Below are positions 1-10,412 of a DNA stretch of 64,000 nt, in pieces. The translations under genes and the position numbers were made by a program. Source of the DNA: Syntrophomonadaceae bacterium (lineage in GTDB: Bacteria > Bacteroidota > Ignavibacteria > Ignavibacteriales > SURF-24); NCBI GenBank assembly GCA_050259615.1, contig JBLNAZ010000020.1:1513-65512 (forward strand), written 5' to 3'. How positions within the stretch are numbered: position 1 is the stretch's first letter; each line of letters opens with the position of its first letter. The notes beneath the pieces were generated by a model. That model saw nothing but the letters and a program-made list of their open reading frames with translations. It was not told the origin of the DNA and did not search any database.

Positions 1-1529
1 AGATAGAGGTACTGCTGGTTAACTGCCTGCAGAAATGCCCTGGCGCTCGCCTCAATGATATCCGTTGAAATGCCGCGCCCCGTAAAGGATTTCTCGCTGC
101 ACCTTATTCTTACAATGGCTTCACCCATCGCCTGGCGGCCTGATGTCACAGAGCGCACGTGATAGGCTTCAACAACGGGTTTTATATTTAAGACCCTTTC
201 AATTGCATTAAAGCACGCATCCACCGGTCCGTCGCCAATTGCCGATTCCTGAAGTACTCCTTCCAAAGTCTTTATTCCCACAGTTGCAGTAGGAATTGCC
301 GTATTGCCCGACTGCACCTGCAGAGAGACAATCTCAAAAGATTCTTCCTCCTTACAGACCTCGTCTCCCATCAGAAGTCTCAGGTCCTCGTCAAAAACTT
401 CCTTTTTCTTATCTGCAAGCGCGAGGAATTTTTCATAAACCGACTGGAGTTCCTCACCTGCTGCATTATATCCAAGTTCAGCAAGGCGGGATTCAAGTCC
501 GTGGCGCCCGGAGTGGCGGCCAAGCACTATCCTGCTTTTATTTACGCCCACCTGTTCAGGAGTTATTATCTCATAGGTCTGCTTGTTCTTAAGCATTCCA
601 TCCTGATGGATTCCGGACTCATGGGCAAAAGCGTTCTCGCCCACAATTGCCTTATTCGGCTGAACAACCATTCCGGTAAAGCCCGAAACCATGCGGCTTG
701 TGTTAAATATCTCTGGAGAATTTATGCCCGTATAAAATCCGCATAAGTCACGTCTTACCTTAAGAGCCATTACAATCTCTTCAAGCGATGCGTTGCCGGC
801 TCTTTCACCAATGCCGTTAATTGTGCATTCCACCTGGCGCGCACCATGATTAAGAGCGCTTAAGGTGTTTGCCACTGCAAGACCAAGGTCGTTGTGGCAG
901 TGCACACTGATAACGGCTTGATCTATATTTTTTACTCTTTTCTTAAGCTCACATATAATCGCACCGAACTCTTCAGGAAGAGTGTATCCTGTAGTGTCTG
1001 GTATATTAACAGTTGTTGCACCGGCTTCAATTGCAGCCTCAATAACTTCACTGAGGTAGCCGATGTCTGTCCTTCCCGCATCCTCGGCAGAAAACTCAAC
1101 GTCACTTACCAGCGTCTTTGCAAATGCTACGGCGTCATAAGACATCTTAACTACCGTACTTCTCTTTTCATTCAGTGTTCTGCCATACTTCTCATCGCCG
1201 AACTTGCCGAGAATATGTATGTCCGAAGTGCTGGAGAATGTATGAATCCTCGGATGTCTTGCACTCTTCAAGGCCTCATATGCTGATTTGATATCCGCTT
1301 CCTTTGCCCTTGCAAGAGCAGCAATTACAGCCTGGGATTCATCTGCAATTCTTTTTACAGCTTCAAACTGTGCAGGTGAAGAGACGGGAAAACCCGCCTC
1401 TATTACATCCACATTAAGCCTTACAAGCTGACGCGCAATTTCGAGCTTTTCAAAGACGTTCAATGATGCCCCTGGCGACTGTTCGCCATCGCGCAGTGTT
1501 GTATCGAAGATTACTATTTTATTGTCCAA
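1..1529 (-). CDS. leuA: 2-isopropylmalate synthase (3' end runs off window; about 509 codons present)
   Basis: Not in the ORF track because it is truncated. The minus frame is open from the window edge to TTG at 1529-1527, with GGAG at 1538-1535. My translation starts LDNKIVIFDTTLRDGEQSPGASLNVFEKLEIARQL and contains HCHNDLGLAVANTL and GIGERAGNASLEE (LeuA/HMGL-like signatures). It lies directly downstream of leuB in the same operon. Confidence 0.9.
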   Translation of the reverse strand, partial: MDNKIVIFDTTLRDGEQSPGASLNVFEKLEIARQLVRLNVDVIEAGFPVSSPAQFEAVKRIADESQAVIAALARAKEADIKSAYEALKSARHPRIHTFSSTSDIHILGKFGDEKYGRTLNEKRSTVVKMSYDAVAFAKTLVSDVEFSAEDAGRTDIGYLSEVIEAAIEAGATTVNIPDTTGYTLPEEFGAIICELKKRVKNIDQAVISVHCHNDLGLAVANTLSALNHGARQVECTINGIGERAGNASLEEIVMALKVRRDLCGFYTGINSPEIFNTSRMVSGFTGMVVQPNKAIVGENAFAHESGIHQDGMLKNKQTYEIITPEQVGVNKSRIVLGRHSGRHGLESRLAELGYNAAGEELQSVYEKFLALADKKKEVFDEDLRLLMGDEVCKEEESFEIVSLQVQSGNTAIPTATVGIKTLEGVLQESAIGDGPVDACFNAIERVLNIKPVVEAYHVRSVTSGRQAMGEAIVRIRCSEKSFTGRGISTDIIEASARAFLQAVNQQYLY

Positions 1530-1559
1530 TTTTTCTCCTGTAAGAATTATTGCAGAGAC

Positions 1560-2657
1560 TTATTTTACTGAGAAAACCTTTCCCGCGCGGGAAAGTATTT
1601 TTTCAGTCTGTTCTAAAACCGCTTCCGTCATATCCGTTGTGCTTAAGAGCTTTGTGCCTTCGGAATATATGTCGGCTGTTCTGTACCCTTCAGAAAGAAC
1701 GCCTTCAATTGCACCGTTTACTACAGCTGCAGCTTCCGTGTTCTTAAGCGAATGCTCAAAAAGCATTGCCGCAGAGGCAATTGTAGCAAGTGGGTTTGCC
1801 TTGTTCTGCCCTGCGATGTCAGGGGCGCTTCCGTGAATAGGCTCATACAAAGCATACTTTGTGCCCATACTTGCCGAAGGAAGCATTCCAAGACTTCCTG
1901 TTATCATGCCGGATATATCGCTTAGGATGTCGCCGAACAGGTTGCCCGTTACAATAACGTCGAACTGTTTCGGGTTTCTTACAATCTGCATTGCCGCGTT
2001 ATCAACGTACATATCGGAAAGTGCAACATCCTGGTATTCCTTATGGACTTCATGCACCACGGTTCTCCAGAACTGCGAGACTTCAAGTACGTTGGCCTTA
2101 TCAACAGACATAACATTTTTGCTTCTTGTCCGCGCCATCTCAAATGCTGTTCTTGCAATGCGCTCAACTTCATCCCGCGTATATTCCATGGTGTTCCAAC
2201 CCCTCTTCTCATCATAGCCCCGGGGTTCGCCAAAGTATATCCCGCCTGTAAGTTCTCTTACCACAATAAAATCCGTTCCCTTTACCACTTCACTTTTCAG
2301 CGATGAGGAATCAACAAGGCAGTCGTAGACTTTTGCAGGCCTGATATTGGCAAAGAGTCCCAGTTCCTTTCTGATCCTTAATAATGCTGCCTCAGGCTTC
2401 AGGTGGTGGGGTAATGTTTCCCATTTGGGCCCTCCCACGGCGCCCAGGAGCACGGCGCCAGAAGCCTTGCACTCACGGAGTACATCTTCTGAAAGCGGGA
2501 TGCCGTATTTTTCGTATGAGCATCCGCCGATGAGTCCCTCTGTAAATTCCAGAGGGAAGCTCATTTTTTCCGAAACCATTTCCATAACCTTCACGGCAGA
2601 GCTTACGATATCAGGGCCTATACCGTCGCCCGGGAGCAGCATTACCCTGAAACTCAT
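1560..2657 (-). CDS. leuB: 3-isopropylmalate dehydrogenase
   Basis: 365 aa. Starts [18 protein letters not shown] and contains NLFGDILSD (isocitrate/isopropylmalate dehydrogenase signature). Its ATG overlaps the ilvC stop by 4 nt (2654-2657). Confidence 0.93.
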   Translation of the reverse strand: MSFRVMLLPGDGIGPDIVSSAVKVMEMVSEKMSFPLEFTEGLIGGCSYEKYGIPLSEDVLRECKASGAVLLGAVGGPKWETLPHHLKPEAALLRIRKELGLFANIRPAKVYDCLVDSSSLKSEVVKGTDFIVVRELTGGIYFGEPRGYDEKRGWNTMEYTRDEVERIARTAFEMARTRSKNVMSVDKANVLEVSQFWRTVVHEVHKEYQDVALSDMYVDNAAMQIVRNPKQFDVIVTGNLFGDILSDISGMITGSLGMLPSASMGTKYALYEPIHGSAPDIAGQNKANPLATIASAAMLFEHSLKNTEAAAVVNGAIEGVLSEGYRTADIYSEGTKLLSTTDMTEAVLEQTEKILSRAGKVFSVK

Positions 2658-3670
2658 ACTCCCACCTCTTCCCTGGCGCTTTTCTTAAAGAGCCAGCTCA
2701 TCATGGAGCGGAGTTTGGAGCCTGTTTTTTCAATTGAGTGCTCTTTGTTTTCTTCTCTCATCTTCTGCATATTCGGCATGCCGGTGCTGCATTCATCAAG
2801 CCATTCCTTTGCAAAACGCCCGTCCTGAATTTCAGCAAGGATCTTTTTCATTTCGCTTCTTGCCTCGGCGTTTATAATTCTTTTTCCGCGGCTCATTCCG
2901 CCATATTCCGCCGTATCGCTTACAGAATAGTTCATTCTTGTAAGGCCTCCTTCATAGTAAAGGTCAACAATAAGCTTCATCTCGTGCATGCATTCAAAGT
3001 ATGCAAGTTCAGGAGGATATCCGGCATCAACGAGAGTTTCAAATCCCGCCTTTATGAGTTCAGCCGAGCCGCCGCAAAGGACTGCCTGCTCGCCGAAGAG
3101 GTCTGTTTCGGTCTCATCCTTAAAGTTTGTTTCAATAACGCCGGCCTTTGTGCCGCCAATGCCCTTAGCCCAAGCAAGAGCCATTTCCTTTGTTGTGCCT
3201 GATGGGTCCTGATTTACAGCTATCAGGCAGGGTACGCCTCTTCCTTCAAGGTAAGTTCTTCTTACCAGGTGGCCCGGGCTTTTAGGTGCAATCATCATTA
3301 CGTTAACGTCAGCCGGAGGAACGATCTGTTTATAATGAATATTGAATCCGTGACCGAATGCCAGTGTGGCTCCTGATTTAAGAAACGGTCCTATTTCCTC
3401 GTCATAAACTTTCTTCTGCGTCTGGTCGGGCAGAAGCACCATTACAACGTCAGCATCCTTAACTGCATCTTTCACGGTTTTAACTTTGAGTCCCGCTTTT
3501 TCAGCCTTTGGCCATGAAGCGCTTGATTCTCTCAGGCCCACGCATACGTCGAGGCCGCTTTCCATTAAATTAAGCGAGTGTGCGTGTCCCTGGCTTCCGA
3601 AGCCGAGGACGGCAATTTTTTTATCTTTTAATACATCCAGGTTCGCATCCTGTTCATAATAAACTTTCAT
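2654..3670 (-). CDS. ilvC: ketol-acid reductoisomerase
   Basis: 338 aa. [22 protein letters not shown] Rossmann motif, with class I KARI length and context. Confidence 0.94.
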   Translation of the reverse strand: MKVYYEQDANLDVLKDKKIAVLGFGSQGHAHSLNLMESGLDVCVGLRESSASWPKAEKAGLKVKTVKDAVKDADVVMVLLPDQTQKKVYDEEIGPFLKSGATLAFGHGFNIHYKQIVPPADVNVMMIAPKSPGHLVRRTYLEGRGVPCLIAVNQDPSGTTKEMALAWAKGIGGTKAGVIETNFKDETETDLFGEQAVLCGGSAELIKAGFETLVDAGYPPELAYFECMHEMKLIVDLYYEGGLTRMNYSVSDTAEYGGMSRGKRIINAEARSEMKKILAEIQDGRFAKEWLDECSTGMPNMQKMREENKEHSIEKTGSKLRSMMSWLFKKSAREEVGV

Positions 3671-3684
3671 TTTAATTCCTTGTG

Positions 3685-4203
3685 TTATAATTGTGAATAA
3701 TTTGTCTGCTTTTTAAGATCTTTAGTCTGTTCGCCTCTTTTTAAGGCTACAGCACCCGAGCGCGCAAGTTCCTTAATGCCGTAAGGGGCAAGGACGTTAA
3801 TTGCGGCGTCAATTTTATCAGGCGGTCCCGTAATTTCGAGCGTTATGGTTTTATTGTTTATGTCAACCACATTGCCGCGGAATATTTCGCCCACGTTCAG
3901 GATCTCGGAGCGTGTGCCTTTCTGGTAGAATACGGTAATCATGGCAAGTTCCCTTACTACCGTAGGAGTCTGCGTCAGATCAATCACCTTTATTGTATCG
4001 ATAAGTCGGTTAAGCTGCTTTACCACCTGTTCGATTATCTTATCGTCGCCCGAAGTAACGAGCGTCATTCTTGAGACCTCAGGTATTTCAGTTTCGCCAA
4101 TTGAAATACTCTGGATGTTAAAACCCTTTCCGCTGAACATTGTAGCAACACGGTTAAAAGCGCCGTACCTGTTTTCCAGCAATACAGAAATTATATGTTT
4201 CAT
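3685..4203 (-). CDS. ilvN: acetolactate synthase small (regulatory) subunit
   Basis: 172 aa. Starts [34 protein letters not shown] (ACT domain typical of IlvN/IlvH). Sits immediately downstream of the large subunit. Confidence 0.9.
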   Translation of the reverse strand: MKHIISVLLENRYGAFNRVATMFSGKGFNIQSISIGETEIPEVSRMTLVTSGDDKIIEQVVKQLNRLIDTIKVIDLTQTPTVVRELAMITVFYQKGTRSEILNVGEIFRGNVVDINNKTITLEITGPPDKIDAAINVLAPYGIKELARSGAVALKRGEQTKDLKKQTNYSQL

Positions 4204-4208
4204 ATTTT

Positions 4209-5927
4209 TTACTTCGTTGATTTGGGATTCAGTCGTTTAACGATCATCTTGTCGTATGAAGCTCCCGGAGGAACCATTGGGAACACCATATCCTCACGCA
4301 CCACCTTGAATTCAATGAGTACCGGTCCGTCATTTATTTCAAAAGCCCTGTCCAGTATATTCTCCACTTCCTTTGGTGAATCGGTAGAGAAACCCTTAAG
4401 CCCGAAAGCCTCGGCAACCTTCATAAAGTTGGGGTTGCTTTCTGAAAGGTCGGTAAAGCTGTACTTTTCAAAATGGAACAGTTCCTGCCACTGGCGCACC
4501 ATGCCGAGGAAGCTGTTGTTTATTATGATAAACTTAATTGGAAGCTTGTATGCGGCAGCTGTAATGAGTTCCTGTATATTCATCTGGAAGCCGCCGTCGC
4601 CGCTTATGGAAATTACGGGGCGGTCTTTAATGGCAAATGCAGCCCCTATGGCAGCGGGCACCGAGAAGCCCATAGTGCCAAGTCCGCCGCTTGTAAGAAG
4701 CGAGCGCGGATTTCTGAACTTATAGTACTGTGCAGTCCACATCTGGTGCTGGCCCACGTCAGTAACAACAACGGCCTCACCCTTTGTCTTCTCCGACAAT
4801 TTATCAATTACGAATTCAGTTCTTAAAAGCCCGTCGCCGCCTTCATAGTCGAGCGGGCATTCATCCCTCCACGCATTAATCTCATTCCACCATTCCGGGA
4901 AGCTCAAGGGCTCACCAAGCTCAGCTGCAAGTTCAGCCATTACGTGCTTTACATCCCCCACAATCGGAAGGTCGACAACAACGTTTTTATCTATTGCGGT
5001 GGGATCGATATCCACGTGTATCTTAAAAGCCTTCGGCGCAAAGTTTTTAACGTCGCCGGCCACGCGGTCGTCGAAGCGGGCACCAAGTGCAATCAGAAGG
5101 TCGCAGCTGCTTACGGCCTTGTTGGCATAGTAAGTGCCGTGCATTCCCAGCATTCCAAGCGACTGGTCGCTCATACCGTCAAAGGCTCCCAGGCCCTGAA
5201 GCGTCATTGTTACGGGAAGGTTATGTTCACCTGCAAGAACCCTGAGCTCATTAGATCCGCCTGACATAATAACGCCGCCGCCCACATATAGCAGCGGGCG
5301 CTTTGCGCTTTTTAACATCTCGGCTGCTTTCTTTATCTGGTACTGATGCCCGTAGAAAAACGGCCTGTAGCCTTTTAACTCAACATTTTCAGGATACTGA
5401 TATTCACACTCCGAGGCTACGACGTCTTTGGGAAGATCCACCAGTACGGGTCCAGGTCTTCCTGTAGATGCAATAAAGAAAGCCTTCTTAATTGTTGAGG
5501 CCAGTTCCCTAACGTCGCGAACGAGGAAGTTATGCTTTGTAATAGGGCGCGTAATGCCTACGATGTCTGCCTCCTGGAAAGCATCGTTACCTATAAGGTG
5601 GGAAGCAACCTGTCCGGTAAAAACTACAAGAGGAACCGAATCCATGTAAGCATCGGCTATTCCTGTAACGGTGTTTGTTGCACCGGGACCTGAAGTTACA
5701 AGCACCACGCCCGGTTTTCCTGTTGCCTTTGCATAGCCTTCGGCCATATGTGTGGCACCCTGTTCATGGCGTACAAGAATGTGCTCCAGGAAATCCACGT
5801 CATGGAGTTTTTCATAAAGCTTTAAGACTGCGCCTCCCGGATACCCGAAGATATATTCCACCTTCTCCTGTCTGAGGCATTCAAAAAATATGTCTGATCC
5901 TCTCATCATACCGTTGTTTTCTTTCAT
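4209..5927 (-). CDS. ilvB: acetolactate synthase large subunit (ThDP-dependent)
   Basis: The track ORF (to 6071) carries a 48-aa Arg/Ser-rich extension that overlaps ilvD. The ATG at 5927 gives MKENNGMMRGSDIFFECLRQEKVEYIFGYPGGAV (canonical N-terminus) and lies 1 nt after the ilvD stop. ThDP motif GDGGFQMNIQEL is present. Confidence 0.92.
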   Translation of the reverse strand: MKENNGMMRGSDIFFECLRQEKVEYIFGYPGGAVLKLYEKLHDVDFLEHILVRHEQGATHMAEGYAKATGKPGVVLVTSGPGATNTVTGIADAYMDSVPLVVFTGQVASHLIGNDAFQEADIVGITRPITKHNFLVRDVRELASTIKKAFFIASTGRPGPVLVDLPKDVVASECEYQYPENVELKGYRPFFYGHQYQIKKAAEMLKSAKRPLLYVGGGVIMSGGSNELRVLAGEHNLPVTMTLQGLGAFDGMSDQSLGMLGMHGTYYANKAVSSCDLLIALGARFDDRVAGDVKNFAPKAFKIHVDIDPTAIDKNVVVDLPIVGDVKHVMAELAAELGEPLSFPEWWNEINAWRDECPLDYEGGDGLLRTEFVIDKLSEKTKGEAVVVTDVGQHQMWTAQYYKFRNPRSLLTSGGLGTMGFSVPAAIGAAFAIKDRPVISISGDGGFQMNIQELITAAAYKLPIKFIIINNSFLGMVRQWQELFHFEKYSFTDLSESNPNFMKVAEAFGLKGFSTDSPKEVENILDRAFEINDGPVLIEFKVVREDMVFPMVPPGASYDKMIVKRLNPKSTK

Positions 5928-5928
5928 A

Positions 5929-7668
5929 TTACTGCACCTTCTCCTTCTTTCTGGTTTCGGGGATTCTAAGGACCGCGCCCGTATTGGCTGAAGTAACCAT
6001 GCGTGAGTACCGGGCGAGATATCCCGTTTTAATTTTAAGTTCGAATTCCGGCAGGACCTCAAGGCGGCCATTTATTTCGTCTTCTGTAAGATCCACTTCA
6101 AGTGTTTTTCCGGGAATGTCAATTTTAATAATGTCGCCGTCCATGAGGGCTGCAACGGGCCCCATATCTGCGGCTTCAGGAGAAACGTGTCCTATGCAGG
6201 CACCTCTTGTTCCGCCGGAGAATCTTCCGTCAGTAATAAGAGCCACCTTGTCGCCAAGTCCCATTCCTGCAATTGCGCTGGTAGGTGAAAGCATCTCGGG
6301 CATTCCGGGTCCGCCCCTGGGGCCTTCATACCTGATTACAACCACGTCGCCCGCCTTAATCTTTCCGTCCATTATGGCGCTTACGGCCTCATCCTGTGAA
6401 TTAAAAACTCTTGCCGGACCCGTATGCCTAAGCATCTTTTCGTCCACGGCTGCAGTTTTAACAACCGATCCCATTGGGGCGAGGTTGCCGAAAAGGATAG
6501 CCAGGCCGCCCGTATGGCTGAAGGGGTCCTCTACGGAATGTATAATGCCGGGATTTTTAACTTTTGCTGAAGCAATGTTCTCCCCCAGTGTTCTGCCTGT
6601 AACGGTAGGTCTTTCCAGGTCCAGCACGCCGTCAATGTGCGAGAGCTCATTTAAGATTGCCGGGATACCTCCCGCCATGTCAACGTCTTCCATATGGACG
6701 AGGGCTGTAGCAGGGCTTACCTTGCAGATATAAGGGACTTTCTGTGAAAGTTCATTTAATTCATTCAAGTCGAACTCCAGTCCGGCTTCACTTGCAACAG
6801 CAAGTGTGTGCAGAACCGTATTTGTGCTTCCGCCCATTGCCATATCGAGCGCAAATGCATTAAGCATTGAAGAGCGTGTTATAAGGTCCCGCGGCTTAAG
6901 GTCTTTCTCGACGAGTTCAATTATTTTTTTACCGGCTTCTTTGGCCAGTTCTTTTCTTTTGGGGTCAAGCGCAAGTATGGTTCCGTTTCCGGGAAGGGCC
7001 AGCCCTAAGGCTTCAAGCAGGCAGTTCATTGAGTTGGCAGTAAACATACCCGCGCATGAGCCGCAGGAGGGGCAGCTGAAGTCTTCAAGTTCTTTAAGCC
7101 TTTGGGATGTGATCTGCCCCGACTTATACTGCCCCACGCCCTCGAAGACCGATATGAGGTCGGTTCTTTCGCCGGTGGAGGGCATTTGACCGGCCTTCAT
7201 AGGCCCGCCGGATACAAATATGGCAGGTACATTTATGCGCGCTGCTGCCATCATCATCCCGGGGACTATCTTATCGCAGTTGGAGATGCATACCATGCCG
7301 TCGAAGCGGTGAGCTTCCATTACGGTCTCAACCGAATCTGCAATCAGCTCGCGGCTGGGCAGAGAGTAGCGCATTCCAATATGCCCCATTGCAATGCCGT
7401 CATCGACGCCGATGGTATTAAATTCAAAAGGTATGCCTCCGGCTTCAAGAACAGCCTCCTTAACAATTTTGGCAAAGTCCTGAAGGTGCACGTGGCCGGG
7501 AATTACATCTATATACGAATTGCAGATGCCGATAAACGGTTTCTTAAAGTCCTCGTCGGTCTTGACTACTCCCGTAGCCCTCAGGAGGCTGCGGTGGGGA
7601 GCCTTATCGAAGCCCTGTTTTATTAAATCAGATCTCACGTTTTCCTCTGAAAATATCTTCAGAAACAT
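5929..7668 (-). CDS. ilvD: dihydroxy-acid dehydratase
   Basis: 579 aa. Contains [34 protein letters not shown] and [16 protein letters not shown]. An alternative GTG start at 7638 is preceded by GAGGA and would give the usual (M)RSD N-terminus. Confidence 0.93.
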   Translation of the reverse strand: MFLKIFSEENVRSDLIKQGFDKAPHRSLLRATGVVKTDEDFKKPFIGICNSYIDVIPGHVHLQDFAKIVKEAVLEAGGIPFEFNTIGVDDGIAMGHIGMRYSLPSRELIADSVETVMEAHRFDGMVCISNCDKIVPGMMMAAARINVPAIFVSGGPMKAGQMPSTGERTDLISVFEGVGQYKSGQITSQRLKELEDFSCPSCGSCAGMFTANSMNCLLEALGLALPGNGTILALDPKRKELAKEAGKKIIELVEKDLKPRDLITRSSMLNAFALDMAMGGSTNTVLHTLAVASEAGLEFDLNELNELSQKVPYICKVSPATALVHMEDVDMAGGIPAILNELSHIDGVLDLERPTVTGRTLGENIASAKVKNPGIIHSVEDPFSHTGGLAILFGNLAPMGSVVKTAAVDEKMLRHTGPARVFNSQDEAVSAIMDGKIKAGDVVVIRYEGPRGGPGMPEMLSPTSAIAGMGLGDKVALITDGRFSGGTRGACIGHVSPEAADMGPVAALMDGDIIKIDIPGKTLEVDLTEDEINGRLEVLPEFELKIKTGYLARYSRMVTSANTGAVLRIPETRKKEKVQ

Positions 7669-7756
7669 ACCATTGGGGTTCAGGTCAACCCCTGATCTGA
7701 TCTTTAATTTGCTTTTGTGTTAGTGTTTGATTCTTGATTAGGGATTGACAAGTATT

Positions 7757-7927
7757 TTAGCCTAGAATGCTAATAATAATACCGAGCACTACGACTATAA
7801 TGCTAATCCCAAGGATGAGAATTTCTAAAGAAATGTTGTTGAATGAAGTAATTGGCAAGACATAAGCGTGGCTTCCGTATAATACGGCAGCTTTTTCTTT
7901 TGTTATATGTTTTGTTATGTCTTTCAT
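7757..7927 (-). CDS. unlisted 56-aa ORF: candidate ilv-leu leader peptide or small membrane protein
   Basis: My translation is MKDITKHITKEKAAVLYGSHAYVLPITSFNNISLEILILGISIIVVVLGIIISILG*. The C-terminal 24 residues contain 17 Ile/Leu/Val. The ORF ends about 90-120 nt upstream of the ilvD start. It falls below the track's length cutoff. Confidence 0.35.
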   Translation of the reverse strand: MKDITKHITKEKAAVLYGSHAYVLPITSFNNISLEILILGISIIVVVLGIIISILG

Positions 7928-8610
7928 GAGTTTTAATTATTGGTTGCAATATATTACCTCACATCCGTTTTGTCAAGCTCATTTCTGAATATTTTGCATT
8001 AATGTTCACCTTTTTGTGTTTTTTATTCAATTTTAAGGAAAAAATTTCCCATTTTTCTAATTTTCTTCAGTTTGGGTCCCGGAAAAAGATGCGGGAGGAA
8101 GTGGTTTGATCAATAAATTAGTAATTTGGCGAAGGTTTTTCCCCGGGGCTTCTGCCTTTTTTGTTGCTGATATTTGTAAATCCCTGAAAATTCCGGAAAT
8201 AACACCTTAACTCCCATAAAGCCATACCGGACTAAAGTTTATCTTGTTTTCCACGATATTTTTCGGTATTCTTGTAAACGGTTTACTTTTCCGTTCTTAC
8301 TCAAAGAGTAATATGATTTTATTCCCCTTGTAACCAGGTTGTAATTTAATCCAGTCTTTATCTGTACAATTAGGTGTCGAGCCTATTGTATATATCACCT
8401 TGCGTAAAAACGGCTGCCGCCAGGCCAGTATGTCTTAAAAAGTAAGACTACTGTAATAGATTATAATTAGTTTTTCATTTCCCCTATTCTCTTAAAAGAA
8501 AAACCGGGCACCGGAATTCTTAATCCGGCGCTCACATTCTGATGAGGCGGGGATTGATGTGCTGAAAAGTAGCCGTCTATATATTATATTTCATAAAAAT
8601 TGGGATTTTA

Positions 8611-10392
8611 ATGAACAAAAGGTTTGAAGAACTTAACTTATCAAAAGAAATTCAAAAGGCAATTACTGATCTGGGATACGAAGAAGCTACACCTATTCAG
8701 TCTGAAGCTATACCAGTCCTGCTCGCCGGACACGACATTATTGGGCAGGCACAGACCGGAACAGGTAAAACCGCCGCATTCGGAATACCTGCCCTCGAAA
8801 TGCTCGATCCGCATAACAGAAATGTCCAGGCACTCATTCTCTGCCCTACAAGGGAACTGGCTTTACAGGTTTCTGAGGAAATAAGTAAAATAGCAAAATA
8901 TAAAAAAGGATTTTCTCTCCTCCCGGTCTACGGAGGACAATCCATTGAAAGACAGCTTAGCGTCCTTTCAAGAGGTGTGCAGATCGTAATCGGTACGCCA
9001 GGCAGAGTTATGGACCATATGGAACGCGGCTCCTTAAGACTGAATGATATAAAGATGGTTGTGCTTGACGAAGCAGATGAAATGCTGGATATGGGCTTCA
9101 GAGACGATATTGAAATGATATTAAAGCATACACCTGCCGAAAGACAGACGGTGCTGGTTTCAGCTACAATGCCAAAGCCTATTAAGGACCTGGCAAAAAG
9201 ATACCAGAAGGACCCGGTTAATATAAAGGTCGTCCATGAGGTGCTGACCGTGCCGAGCATTGAGCAGATTTACTTTGAAGTAAGGGAGAAAAATAAGCTT
9301 GAAGCTTTAACACGCGCAATTGACCTCTATAACATCAAACTTGGACTTGTATTCTGCAATACAAAAAGAGGCGTTGATGAGCTTACCGAACACCTTCAGG
9401 CACGCGGCTATGCTTCAGACGCCCTGCACGGGGATATGAAACAGGCAACACGTGAAAAAGTAATGGCCAAGTTCAGAAAAGGAATTATTGAAATTCTTAT
9501 TGCAACTGACGTTGCTGCACGCGGACTTGATGTTGAAAACGTGGAAGCCGTATTTAACTATGATATGCCCCAGGATGAAGAGTACTATGTTCACAGAATC
9601 GGCAGAACCGGACGCGCCGGAAAGTCGGGACGGGCATTTACCTTTGTAACAGGAAGAGACTTGTACCGCCTGAGGGATATACAGAAGTACACAAAGACAA
9701 AGATGAAGCTCATGGAAGTTCCTACTTTTGACGACGTAAGAGAAGTTAAAGCAGGCATCTTCCTGGATGAAATCAGAAAAGCTATTAAAGAAGGCGGTCT
9801 TAAAAAATACGTCCGCTTTGTTGAAACGCTTATTGATGAAGAAAACAGCTCACTCGACATCGCCGCTGCAATGATGAAGATGAACTTCCAGAAGGAAACG
9901 GCAACCCCGGATTTCGTGCCTGAAGTAAGAGAGTCTTTCTCCTGGGAATCAGCAGGCAGAGAAGGCAGACAAAGAGACGGACGCAGAAAAGAAGGCCGCA
10001 GAGAAGAGTCCGGCAGAAAAGATAGCCGCAGGGAAGATGGCCGCAGAGATGATAAACGCAGAAAAGATGACTTCAGAAAAGATGACTTCAGGGATGAAGG
10101 CGGCAGAAAAGACAGGTCCAAAAAGGGAAACCTGGATAAAAGCGACGGCGCAGTTGCACGACTCTTTCTTAACGTAGGGAAAAAGGACAAGGTTAAGCCG
10201 GGCGATATCGTGGGTGCAATTGCCGGGGAAACAGGACTTCCCGGAAAAATAATAGGCGAGATCAGTATGTTCGACAAATTTACTTTTGTTAACGTCCCTG
10301 AAAAATACGTCAGCGATATAGTGGAAGTAATGCAGGACAACCAGATCCGCGGCAAGAAAATAAATATAGAAGTTGCCAAGGACAGGATTTAA
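8611..10392 (+). CDS. deaD: DEAD-box ATP-dependent RNA helicase (DeaD/CsdA type, with C-terminal DbpA-like RNA-binding domain)
   Basis: 593 aa. Carries the Q motif, AQTGTGKT, DEAD, SAT and HRIGRTGRAG. An Arg/Asp/Lys-rich linker is followed by ARLFLNVGKKDKVKPGDIVGAIAGE (DbpA domain). Confidence 0.92.
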   Translation: MNKRFEELNLSKEIQKAITDLGYEEATPIQSEAIPVLLAGHDIIGQAQTGTGKTAAFGIPALEMLDPHNRNVQALILCPTRELALQVSEEISKIAKYKKGFSLLPVYGGQSIERQLSVLSRGVQIVIGTPGRVMDHMERGSLRLNDIKMVVLDEADEMLDMGFRDDIEMILKHTPAERQTVLVSATMPKPIKDLAKRYQKDPVNIKVVHEVLTVPSIEQIYFEVREKNKLEALTRAIDLYNIKLGLVFCNTKRGVDELTEHLQARGYASDALHGDMKQATREKVMAKFRKGIIEILIATDVAARGLDVENVEAVFNYDMPQDEEYYVHRIGRTGRAGKSGRAFTFVTGRDLYRLRDIQKYTKTKMKLMEVPTFDDVREVKAGIFLDEIRKAIKEGGLKKYVRFVETLIDEENSSLDIAAAMMKMNFQKETATPDFVPEVRESFSWESAGREGRQRDGRRKEGRREESGRKDSRREDGRRDDKRRKDDFRKDDFRDEGGRKDRSKKGNLDKSDGAVARLFLNVGKKDKVKPGDIVGAIAGETGLPGKIIGEISMFDKFTFVNVPEKYVSDIVEVMQDNQIRGKKINIEVAKDRI

Positions 10393-10412
10393 GCTTTATT
10401 GTTCTTTAAGTC

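Noticed and set aside
296-1286. Three plus-strand track ORFs (296-592, 501-746, 894-1286)
   Set aside because: They lie entirely antisense to a continuous, motif-rich LeuA reading frame. Their translations are low-complexity with no recognisable motifs.
5928-6071. 48-aa N-terminal extension of the ilvB track ORF (620 aa)
   Set aside because: It overlaps the ilvD 3' end and is Arg/Ser-rich junk. The ATG at 5927 gives the conserved ALS N-terminus and sits 1 nt after the ilvD stop.
5984-6733. 249-aa plus-strand ORF
   Set aside because: It is antisense to ilvD. The Ser/Pro/Ala-rich composition is typical of reverse-frame artefacts in a GC-skewed coding region.
9950-10140. Quasi-tandem DNA repeats considered as a minisatellite or CRISPR-like array
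   Set aside because: The units are short, imperfect and in-frame within deaD. There is no repeat-spacer periodicity and no cas genes.
9591-10379. 262-aa minus-strand ORF with SLRPSS repeats
   Set aside because: It is the mirror image of the DeaD RD/RK-rich linker and C-terminus. The repeats are the reverse complement of the coding repeats, not an independent gene.
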